Below are positions 53,085 through 64,000 of a DNA stretch of 64,000 nucleotides, one piece after another (within the stretch, counting starts at the first letter, position 1; every line of letters begins with the position of its first letter). The stretch is from Octopus bimaculoides (lineage: Eukaryota): contig NC_069000.1 of NCBI RefSeq assembly GCF_001194135.2, positions 2,036,666-2,100,665 of the forward strand, read 5' to 3'. The notes beneath the pieces are model-generated. The model saw only the letters and a program-made list of their open reading frames with translations, ran no database searches and was not told where the DNA came from. A program made the position numbers and the translations under genes.

Positions 53085-53799
53085 TGTACTTGGGTCAATT
53101 TGTTCCACTAAGATTCTTTAAGACTGTACCCCAGTATGAACGTTGTCCAATGACAGAAACATTTAAAAGATAACGGATATAATGTAACATAAACCTTATT
53201 CAATAGGGATCGTGGACTGAAAAAGAAAGATGGCTGTCTTTCTTCTTTCATTTTTTATCTTTTTATTCATTAATACCCTTCATTATTTCATTATTTCTAT
53301 TATTACTGTTTCTATTTCCGTTAACATTTTATAGTTTATTGTACATATTCTATACCATATATATTAGATATTTCATTCAATATTATATTGTCCCTTATAT
53401 TTATATTTCTTTAATTTTACATTATACCTATTCTTTTGTGTCTTATTCATATATTTTCCTGTAATTGCTATATATCAAATATTATATTTAAAATTGATAA
53501 ATTATGTTCTGTATAACATACAATATATNNNNNNNNNNTATATATATATATATGTATATATAAATATATGCATATATATAAATATATATATATTGATAGA
53601 TGGATAGAAAGATTTATTTATATTGTGAAGTATATTATTCATTATTATTATATCTTATATACGATATTTTATTGTTTAATTTATCACATTTTAGGAAATT
53701 TTATCATTATATTCTCTTCATTAATTTCGCTCCAATTCCATTTCGCGAAGATATATGTCTGCGTCCACTTATGCTTGCGGATGGATGTTTGCCTATCGA

Positions 53800-53945
53800 T
53801 CTGTCTGTCCGTCTGACTGTCTGCCTGTCTGCCTGTCTGTCTGTCTGTCTGTCTGTCTGTATGTATGTCTGCCTGCCTGCCTGTCTGTCTGTCTGTCTGT
53901 CTGTCTGTCTGCCTGTCTGTTTGTCTGTCTATCTATCTATCTATA

Positions 53946-54027
<82 letters not shown>
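53800..54027. repeat. Compound (GTCT)/(GCCT)n to (ATCT)n tetranucleotide array
   Basis: Direct reading. Confidence 0.95.
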
Positions 54028-54028
<1 letters not shown>

Positions 54029-54845
54029 AAATACGCACACATACATATGTACACACACACGCACACATTTGAAAAATCTTGTATATAAATAATCTTGGGG
54101 AAACTGGACGTTATTTTGTCATTCAATGATAATAAAAATACAGGGAATATTTCATAAATTGATAGTAAAGAAACACAATTGTTTCCTTTTCTAACAGAAC
54201 TCATAGTCTATACCATTACTGGAGATGAAATGAGCCACATCTTCATTGGTGGATAACAAGCATTCAATATGCGTGAGCAATGCAGTTGTCTGCCGTTTCG
54301 TTAAAGTCAAACTTTGGATCGGGGATTTTTTTTCGGAAAAGCTAAATTACATTTCTTCTTATAGAATTTCATTGAAGTGCTATGCATTCAGTTGTTAGCT
54401 TACAATTTCTTTTTTTAAAAAGTACACTACTGTACTTGTGAAAAACCTACTTTCATTCCGCGAACACACATACACACACACACACACGCAGGCGCACGCA
54501 CACGCGCGCGCGCGCGCTCTCTCTCTCTCAAACATATACACACACGCACATTTTACGTATATTGCTTCCTAACTGATTGTAATCTTGTTACCGGTTGTAT
54601 CGAATCTTCCTTCAACCAAACTGCATACATGACATCATGGATATGTTGAGAGAGTTGTAAAGAATCAATGGGTTTCGAAAGGGAGAGTAGAAATACTAAA
54701 GACACTGAAGCGAGAGATTAGCCACAGATAATGTTGACTGAAGAAGTGTGTCCATAGATCGCAGAGCTGACGTGTGCGTGGTATTCTTAAGATATCACAC
54801 TGGTTTACTCTGAATACTGTTTTAAGTGTACATATAGTGTTTTAA

Positions 54846-54896
<51 letters not shown>

Positions 54897-55996
54897 NNNN
54901 NNNNNNNNNNNNNNNNNNNNNNNNNNNNNNNNNNNNNNNNNNNNNNNNNNNNNNNNNNNNNNNNNNNNNNNNNNNNNNNNNNNNNNNNNNNNNNNNNNNN
55001 NNNNNNNNNNNNNNNNNNNNNNNNNNNNNNNNNNNNNNNNNNNNNNNNNNNNNNNNNNNNNNNNNNNNNNNNNNNNNNNNNNNNNNNNNNNNNNNNNNNN
55101 NNNNNNNNNNNNNNNNNNNNNNNNNNNNNNNNNNNNNNNNNNNNNNNNNNNNNNNNNNNNNNNNNNNNNNNNNNNNNNNNNNNNNNNNNNNNNNNNNNNN
55201 NNNNNNNNNNNNNNNNNNNNNNNNNNNNNNNNNNNNNNNNNNNNNNNNNNNNNNNNNNNNNNNNNNNNNNNNNNNNNNNNNNNNNNNNNNNNNNNNNNNN
55301 NNNNNNNNNNNNNNNNNNNNNNNNNNNNNNNNNNNNNNNNNNNNNNNNNNNNNNNNNNNNNNNNTATATATATATATATGCATACATACATACGCTTGTA
55401 TATGCACATAAGTTTCCACATACAAACGTTATATACATGTGTGCATTAAGATCTAGACTTAATGTGATTGACTAAAGCCCCTCCCTCGGAACTGCTGGCC
55501 TCGGACCAAAACTTGAAACCACTATGGTTTGTGACATTAATCAAGGCTGTGTACTCGATATTGCCCCGTATTCACTGTCAACAACATATGTGTTAATAGA
55601 AATGAAAAGTAGCTTAATAACCGCTGTTTCCATTCAATACAGGTAATTTGGGGTATTTCAGAATCTACGATGATTTAAATCGAAAAACAATACATTTAAA
55701 TCCGTGGATTGCGAGGAATAATATGTCGATGATAATTCACGGAAATCATCTGCGCTATTTCTATACAATTCTCAATGTTGTAGCAGCTTCGCTTATTGAA
55801 GCCTTAACATTTTAATATAAAGGAATTAGATATCTGATAAGGGTATCAATGAAGACTTGTAGATCCTTACACAAGTGCCTCAGTCACATAAGTCTGCACA
55901 AGCGTCAACTGGTATATCGTCATATGAACAGCCATATACACTTACGTATACACACTCACTGGCATATATACACACCTGCCAATATATAACTTATGT

Positions 55997-56222
55997 ATGG
56001 CGGCGAGCTGGCAGAATCGTTAGTACACCGGGCGAAACGCTTAGTGGTCTTTCATCTGCCAGTATTTCGTTCTGAGTTCAAATTCCGTCGAGGTCGACTT
56101 TTCACCCTTTCGGAGTCGATTAAGTAAGTACCAGTTACGCACTGGGGTCGATGTAATCTAGCTATTACCTTTGTATGTCCTTGTTTATCTCCTCTATGTT
56201 TAGTCCCCTGTGGGCAATAAAA
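55997..56222 (+). mobile_element. Best-preserved family-B tRNA-headed SINE with a perfect 16-bp target-site duplication
   Basis: Head ggcggcgagctggcagaatcgttag, B-box-like gagttcaaattcc, A-rich tail. aatatataacttatgt at 55981-55996 and 56223-56238. Confidence 0.92.
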
Positions 56223-56634
56223 AATATATAACTTATGTGAGAATATTTGTTTGAATGTATATATGAGAGAACGTGCATGTATTGTATTTATACAGTGGCA
56301 TAATATATATANNNNNNNNNNTATATATATGTTTAGCGTTAAATGCTAGTAATCCCACCGTACCTCGCTATGCAGCATGTTTAGTGTCGATTCAAAGAGA
56401 TTTCAACGAAGGCTTTACAGTAGTATCACTGCATAACATTTACGTAGGCGATTGTCTACGTAAGTAATTGTGTACATACGTAATTTGGCAGCTATTTTTG
56501 ATAACCAGCAATCGCCTTTCCAAGCTCTCTAAGAAAAAAAATTTAACATTTCCTTATTCTTCGCTATTTCGGTTTTCGCACAGTTCATTACGGTCACAAT
56601 TACTGAGAAACATGTCCTGACACGCACACGAGTA

Positions 56635-56666
<32 letters not shown>

Positions 56667-57039
56667 ACACACACACAGACACAAACACACACACGTATGC
56701 CTTCTATTTCTCTCTCTTCACTCTATCTTTCCTTCTCACTCTCTTTCACTCTCTCTCTCTCTCTCTCTCTCTCTTTCACATATACATATACAAGCACAAC
56801 CTCACACATATACAGCGCGTCGTTGAATAAGTATGCGTGTGTGTGTGTAAATATATATAAATATGTGTATTTGTATGTGTATGTATATATGTGTACATAT
56901 ATGCTTAAGCATGTGTCTGTGTATATACGTATATATATATATATATATATATATACGTATATACACAGACACATACACACGCACACACACACACAGATAT
57001 ATATATATAGATGTAAATAAGTGTGTATGTATGTATATA

Positions 57040-57075
<36 letters not shown>

Positions 57076-57257
57076 CGTGTGTGCACATGTATACATTTAT
57101 ATTCGTCCCCCCCCCATAAACGTACATATACACACACATACATACACATTTCTAAAGCTGCAGATATACTATCTATCTTTCTACCTATCAAACTATCTCC
57201 CCTGCAAGTTGCAAATATCTTTCCTTCCTTCCCTTCTCACTCTCTCCCTATGTGTGT

Positions 57258-57328
<71 letters not shown>

Positions 57329-58255
57329 TGCGTGTGTGTGTGTTCGTGTTCCAGAACCCTGTGTAATTTCGTTTTCCTTAAAATACATGATTCGCTCGCG
57401 GATATCTCTGAATTAGTGTATCGATACGAAAGCATTCGATACAAAGATTTTTAAATTGTATTCATTGCCTTCAGCATTGTGGTTGACGAAATAACTGATC
57501 CCTTAAGAATTTTAAATCTTCCAAAAAGATTTTTTGGAAACAGTTGTCGTTTCCAGGAATATGGAATTAAATAAAGAACATTAAAATTTAATATATAAAG
57601 CACTGAAAATAACATTTTTGTTAAACGATGATATATGAAATATATTTAATGAAACTCGAAAAATATCAGAATATAACCAGGAGCCTAATACGTAAAAAAA
57701 TTCTATTATTTTGATAATTTCATAATGCTATTGTTGTTGTTGTTCTTTAGCCCCAGGTCACTGTTCATCCAGCAGACCTACGATAATGACTTATTCTCGT
57801 TTCATAGCTTTTCGACTTTCACATATCACCCCCTCTCTCTGTACCTATCCCATCTCTCACTACATGTGTGTCTGTGTGAATGTGTGTCTCACTCTCTCTC
57901 TCTATATATATGTCTGTGTGTGTGTATATATTTATATATTTATATATACACACATATATAAGCATATACAAAATATATGAGACACATATAAGCATAGACA
58001 AAAAAACATTCGTACACTGTTTCCCCACTATGTTCATAAGGTGAACTTTTAATCACACGTGAGCAATTCTAGGCTTCATCATTAATTCAGCTTGAAAGAG
58101 AGAGTGAGAGAGAAAGATGGAGAGAATTAAAGAAGGAGAAAAGAGGAGAGAAAGAGAGAGAGAAAGACCAAGAAAGGGAGGGGAATGCTGGTACGTTTGC
58201 TTGCGTTTCTGAGATGAATGGATGAGCAAACTGAAACGATGTTCCTTCCTTCAAG

Positions 58256-58336
58256 GCACGGTTCTCTGCCTAGTCTATGCATCGAAACCTCAACCTCCTA
58301 TTCAGGAGACTTACACCACAGCAACTTATATCCTCC
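58256..58336 (+). CDS. Candidate 81-nt symmetric (phase 1-1) exon, (G)TVLCLVYASKPQPPIQETYTTATYIL
   Basis: Acceptor tgttccttccttcaag, donor gtaagt, frame open. It reads like the end of a signal peptide plus the start of a mature protein. No homology recognised. Confidence 0.33.
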
Positions 58337-58793
58337 GTAAGTATTCGTAAAATATACAAACAAGTATATAAGAAATGCAGCTTGTTTAAAAAAACAATGA
58401 GAACAAAATCTCCAAATGATTTATGCTTATCAATGTTGGTAGGATATTTATTGATGTTTTAACAAAAACTTTCACAAAGTATTATATATATATTTTGAAA
58501 TTGATAAATGTTGCTTTTAAAGACACAGCCGGTACATCGACTGCTTGCTGTTCTAACAGGTCAACATCTTTGGCATATGTAGGTTTATATATAAGTCCAT
58601 GTATATGTTTTTTGCGTGTTTTATGTGTGTTTTATGTATGTATGTATAAAGTTATGCATTTATGTACGTATCCCTGTATGTGAATATATCTATGTTTATA
58701 TGTGTGGGTGTATGTATGTATGAATTCTTCTATATCTATACGTATGAATGTATGTTTGTAAGAACGTACGTGTATATGTGTGCATGTTCGTGT

Positions 58794-58845
<52 letters not shown>

Positions 58846-59070
58846 CTGTTTATTGAACATACAACAAACATTGCTCTCCTTTCAGGAGGTTTTTTCCGCT
58901 ACAGCATCAGACTCACACACAGATGCACCTACACACAGACACATACACACACAGATGTACACACAGACATACACACTCACACATGTAAAGTGGATATGAG
59001 TTATTTGAACAATAAAGAGGAATAAGTGTATATTAAATAATATACCAGATAAAGTCATCATTTATGGAAA

Positions 59071-59383
59071 TGGACTATGACCATGCTGGAGCACTTACGC
59101 AGACAAATCGATCACTGTAGTCACCTTTTTGAAAGCCTGGTACTTGTTCTCTCGGTGCAATTTGTCGAATCGCTAGGTTACGTGGTCTTAGACAAAAATT
59201 TGAGCGGTTGTCAAGTAGTCTTGAGAGACAAACACAAACACAGACACACACACATACACACTCACACATACACATCTATTAAATCAAATCCCAGGTTTAT
59301 AGTTGGTTGTACTTGCCCAGTGTGCTCCGCCGTGGTCACAGGGCTGAGAAGCAAGATTCTTAACCACGCAGCAACGCCTGCAC
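59071..59383 (-). mobile_element. Decayed, internally deleted family-A SINE
   Basis: ccatgctggagcac...aagcctggtacttgttctctcggt...cggttgtcaag...gacaaacac...tacttgcccag...ttaaccacgcagcaacgcctgcacc. Confidence 0.75.
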
Positions 59384-59902
59384 CAAATATATTTACAATA
59401 ACCTATCACAGAAGAACGTCGAGTTCTATGTTTTCTTCTTTAAAGCACATAGATCTCTTAATTGAATAAAAGCCACTAATTCACCCAGTCCTATTGAATC
59501 AAATATAATTAGAAATATTGTGTTTGTGCCTGAGGAAGAAATCAACATCGTATAACATTATAATATCGATCTACAAAATCCGCAGGCGATTAAAATGTCT
59601 TTTAATTTACTGACGGCAACACGCAGAGTCCGATATTATGTAGATTGACCATAGATTGTTTTCGATATGTCTGGGATTATATTTGAATGAAAAAATAAAC
59701 GAATACAAATACATGTAAAAGATCGACTCAAAAATAAACTGCGAGGAGAATTAGTTGCATGGTTAGAAAATTAAGGACTCTAAAAGTAACAAGATCACAC
59801 ACACACACACGCATTATGTGTGTGTGTAGGTATATATATATATTTATATACAGATCCCTATATACACATATGTACACAAAAAAAAAAAACACACACATAC
59901 GT

Positions 59903-60339
59903 ATACACCAGAGGGTACCCAAAAGTAACCAGAATCATACTCTGTGGGAGAAGCTCGTCGTAGTTCAGGTTTCCGCTGCTAACAGCCACTTTATGCGACC
60001 CTCAAGCCTCAGTCTACCGTCTGGCGTTTTCAGTTGGAGTTATACAGCCACGTGGTGCGTGTTTGTCTTGCAGTGCTTCTCTCCTGTTCGTCGGTTTTTT
60101 GCGATGGCTGAAACGAAGGAACAGCGTGCTCCCGTTAAATTCGGTTTTCTGCTGGTGAGATCGGCGGCCGAAGCAGTTGCATGGCTTCAAACAATTTACG
60201 CCGCTGCCGTGACCAAAACACAAGTGGTTCCCAAGCTTTATTTTCAAGCGTTATTTGTCGCTCGAGTAGCGATCGATCACGTTCAGGGTGACTGTCGACC
60301 GCTTGAACAAATGAAAGCATCATGAAAATTCATGAACTA
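59903..60339 (+). mobile_element. 5' end of a mariner-type transposon with a decayed transposase N-terminus, truncated by an N gap
   Basis: TIR-like gagggtacccaaaagtaacc. ATG at 60104 gives MAETKEQRAPVKFGFLLVRSAAEAVAWLQTIYAAAVTKTQV (resembling EQRxxIKFCFxLGKTAxET), then in a shifted frame RSRSG*LSTA*TNESIMKIHEL (resembling RSGRPSTxxxxENIxKIxEL). Confidence 0.85.
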
Positions 60340-60644
60340 NNNNNNNNNNNNNNNNNNNNNNNNNNNNNNNNNNNNNNNNNNNNNNNNNNNNNNNNNNNNN
60401 NNNNNNNNNNNNNNNNNNNNNNNNNNNNNNNNNNNNNNNNNNNNNNNNNNNNNNNNNNNNNNNNNNNNNNNNNNNNNNNNNNNNNNNNNNNNNNNNNNNN
60501 NNNNNNNNNNNNNNNNNNNNNNNNNNNNNNNNNNNNNNNNNNNNNNNNNNNNNNNNNNNNNNNNNNNNNNNNNNNNNNNNNNNNNNNNNNNNNNNNNNNN
60601 NNNNNNNNNNNNNNNNNNNNNNNNNNNNNNNNNNNNNNNNNNNN

Positions 60645-60678
<34 letters not shown>

Positions 60679-61568
60679 CACATACATACACACACATATA
60701 TGTGTGTATGTATGTATGTGTATGCATGTATGTATGTATGTATATATACAAACGCAAGGTTATCCACATGCTACTGCAATTTCTGCTGCAGCTATTGCTA
60801 CTCTGAGAGGCGTAGTGAAACTAAACACTGGATGCCATTTGACAAACTTGTATTCAGTGGTCTTCACTGTAAGTTTTAGTAACTTATATACTAATGAAGT
60901 TGATTTCTGTTTAGTATGCACAAACATGCAGTCATAAAGGAAATGCAATTTGGTAGAAATCCATAACATCCCTGTCGAAAATCGGCGCGTTATCGATTTG
61001 CGACAATAATTATATTGATTTAGACAATGAATGTCGGATGTGCACGAGTGATAAAGTGCCGGACCACTAGCGTGTTACTAGAATTTAGAATAGTTTCTAT
61101 AAAGGTTCACTTCAAACACGTCTGAGATTTACGTTGCATTTCACTGATTTGTGGGACAAAATAAGATATCATTAAGGATAAACAACTATCGATTAACCAC
61201 TCAGAACTACACATACACATACACACACACTCACACACACACGCACAAATGTACACTTACACATAATCTTAAAATCTTACACATATATACACGTGTGTGT
61301 GAGTGTGTGTGTGTGTGGTAAGGTAGAACAAAATGAACAACGACCACGTGATTCGAGCATTTAGATGATTTATATCTCATATAGAAGCAGTTTTTAGGCT
61401 GATGGTGGCTTTACTAAATAACATTATAGAAAAAATACTTTTATTTCTATCCTCAGAGTATTTTTTGATAAATAAAGTTATTATCTGTTATTATATATCT
61501 GTTTTTTTTAATAAACATAAATCTGTCCTCAAATATCTTACGCTCCCTGTATACATTATATATATGTC

Positions 61569-61614
<46 letters not shown>

Positions 61615-61644
61615 TATCCATACAGACACTCACAAATACACATA

Positions 61645-61810
61645 CAGAACCCGACTGAATTCACTGACACTATAGCCCTGCCCACGAAGGCAGCAACCAT
61701 CGATTACATCGACATTAAAGAGGCAGATCTAATAGTGTCCATACACGAAAAGAACTTAAACTCACCGACTGATCCGGATGGTTTCCCACCTATTCCAGAT
61801 TCCCTATTAC
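61645..61810 (+). mobile_element. Non-LTR ORF2 fragment just upstream of the RT domain (CR1/Jockey-like)
   Basis: IDYIDIKEADLIVSIHEKNLNSPTDPDGFPPI matches the I...E..I...I..L...S..GPDGFP segment. Confidence 0.7.
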
Positions 61811-61999
61811 CGACCGATACGATTCGAACTCTCCGTCTCTATGTTAAATGTTAGTCCCTCTGTACCGAGTAGATAATCAATTATGGAAAGAAACCAAGAA
61901 TTACATTTTACGAATTAGATTGTATAAGTTCAAAGTTCTGAGTTCTTATAGTAATTCAAAATAAGGAATTGTAATCTATTAAATACAAATATAATATGA

Positions 62000-62066
<67 letters not shown>

Positions 62067-62581
62067 ACATACATACCTACATACATGTATGTATGTAGGT
62101 ATGCATATACTTACATACATATATATGAATGTATATGCATATACAAAGGCATACATATTAATAGATGTGTGTGGGTGTGGGAAGGGATGGAATGTTTTGG
62201 TATTCACCTCTATCGAAATATCTCCGTTAGATTAAACTTTACAACCGGATACGCATTAAATGAGTTGGCAACATTAAGTGATAATAAAACTTCTTCAGAT
62301 TTCCGTTCATCTTGCAAACCTGAATTTATTAAGCGATACTATTGTAAAACAGCTTTTGTTTCGGTACATCACTTTTATTTTTGCATCTCTCTCTTTCCTC
62401 CTTCACGCCGCATAGCAACAGATTAAGAATTAAATAGTCCTGTGGAGGTAAATGTCATGATTTGAATAGTTTGGTCCTAACATAATTAACACATTAGCAC
62501 ACACGCACGTTCACCCACACTCATACACGCATACACACACACATACCCTCCCCCCGCAAACCTCTATGAATATATACATGC

Positions 62582-62640
<59 letters not shown>

Positions 62641-62773
62641 AATAATGTACTTACGTCTTATGTGTGTATTTACGTATGAAAGGATGTATACCTCCCTATG
62701 TCTATGTGTCTGTCAATCTAAGATCCCTCAATTTCTCTCTCGATCCTATATATACATATATATATGTGTCTGC

Positions 62774-62807
<34 letters not shown>

Positions 62808-63606
62808 GAGATGCATAGATCAATTAAAATGAGAGCTTTTAACAATTACAAGAGAAAGGCTAGTGTGTGTACATAGATATATGTGTCTGTATGGACAAAC
62901 AGACAAACACACTCACACACATTCATACTCAAGCACACATATATCTGAGGAGAAGAGAACAATTAAAAACGAGAGCTTTTAACAAATCCCAAGATTTAAC
63001 AATTAGAAGGGAAATGTAGTAATAACTACAATGTGTGGAATGGAATAATGTGCGAACATGAATTTCGTATTTATCTGTCATTAAAAACTTCTAAACTCTT
63101 CAAATACTATTAACACTATTTTAATAGCTGAGAGAAACGAAGGTTAGTGAAGTATCCATGTCTTTATTTCCGCTTCCTGTTGTTAGTCGGTGAATATGAT
63201 ACTGTTATTCTCAAACAGCAAAATTTAGCGGATCACCTACTACATCGGAGCTTCCTGGTAAAATCCTGCAAACGATAGATTGTGGCGTTAAAATTATCAA
63301 TGGTTGGAGTCCACCGCATCAGGCAAGGAGACTTCTTTGTCCATGCTTCTCAGCACAATCGGTGAAGGTAAAACAGGTCGGGATTTTAATGGTACGGACC
63401 AAAAGTAAAATATCACTTAACCATGTTGATGTGGCTTTTGATCATATGCGGGATCACGCATTTGCGAAACTTTATTGATCTACCAACCACGCATGCGAAC
63501 ATGGAGACTTCGCTATATTAGAAAACTTATTTCACGGTTATTATCAAAAACATTGGGACAATACATACATACATACATACATAATACATACATACATGCA
63601 TGCAGC

Positions 63607-63730
<124 letters not shown>

Positions 63731-63738
63731 AAAAAGTA

Positions 63739-63990
63739 TTATGGTCACTTGAATGTGGCGGTCGTCTAAGAGACGACGATACTGCCATTTAACCTCCAGC
63801 AGGCTTATTCAGTGCGCATCTCGCACGTGATATTTATTGCAAGTGGGAGATAACTCCTCACTAGCTGGTTTCAAGACCACCAGATCACATGGTTTCCATC
63901 TGTATTGGATCTCCTCGGTGGTGCATATTCGTTGCCAGGCATGGTAGCATCGTCCTCTCTTAGATGACAGCCACATTAAAATGACCATAA
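63739..63990. mobile_element. 252-bp MITE-like element with 50-bp terminal inverted repeats
   Basis: 63739-63788 versus the reverse complement of 63941-63990 shows 7 mismatches. The interior is non-coding. Confidence 0.8.
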
Positions 63991-64000
63991 ACAATAAATT

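Noticed and set aside
62821-62993. ~30-bp direct repeat caattaaaa(a)ygagagcttttaacaa separated by ~105 bp
   Set aside because: It is too diverged and long for a TSD, and the interior is microsatellite-like. Probably an old local duplication.

Overview
This is AT-rich, microsatellite-saturated eukaryotic DNA with many N gaps. The recurring SINE families look like Octopus repeats I recognise, so a coleoid cephalopod origin is an inference. No long genuine ORF exists, and nearly all ORFs in the supplied track are translated microsatellites or N gaps. What the sequence supports directly: (i) two tRNA-headed SINE families, some copies with clear target-site duplications; (ii) decayed Tc1/mariner pieces, including a DD37D (maT-type) catalytic C-terminus and a mariner N-terminus; (iii) three decayed non-LTR ORF2 fragments; (iv) two inverted-repeat MITE-like elements; (v) a perfect 5x19-bp minisatellite. 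The most striking feature is a ~410-bp element at 39577-39990. It combines a Pol III (A/B-box) tRNA-like head with two inverted copies of a tail that folds as a minimal type I hammerhead ribozyme of the Penelope-associated kind, and the minus-strand copy keeps the full CUGAUGA/GAAA core. I also found short, phase-compatible candidate exons, a minus-strand chain between 0.7 and 31 kb plus two plus-strand singles. These are hand-picked, have no recognisable homology and remain hypotheses. No CRISPR arrays, rRNA or intact tRNA genes were found.
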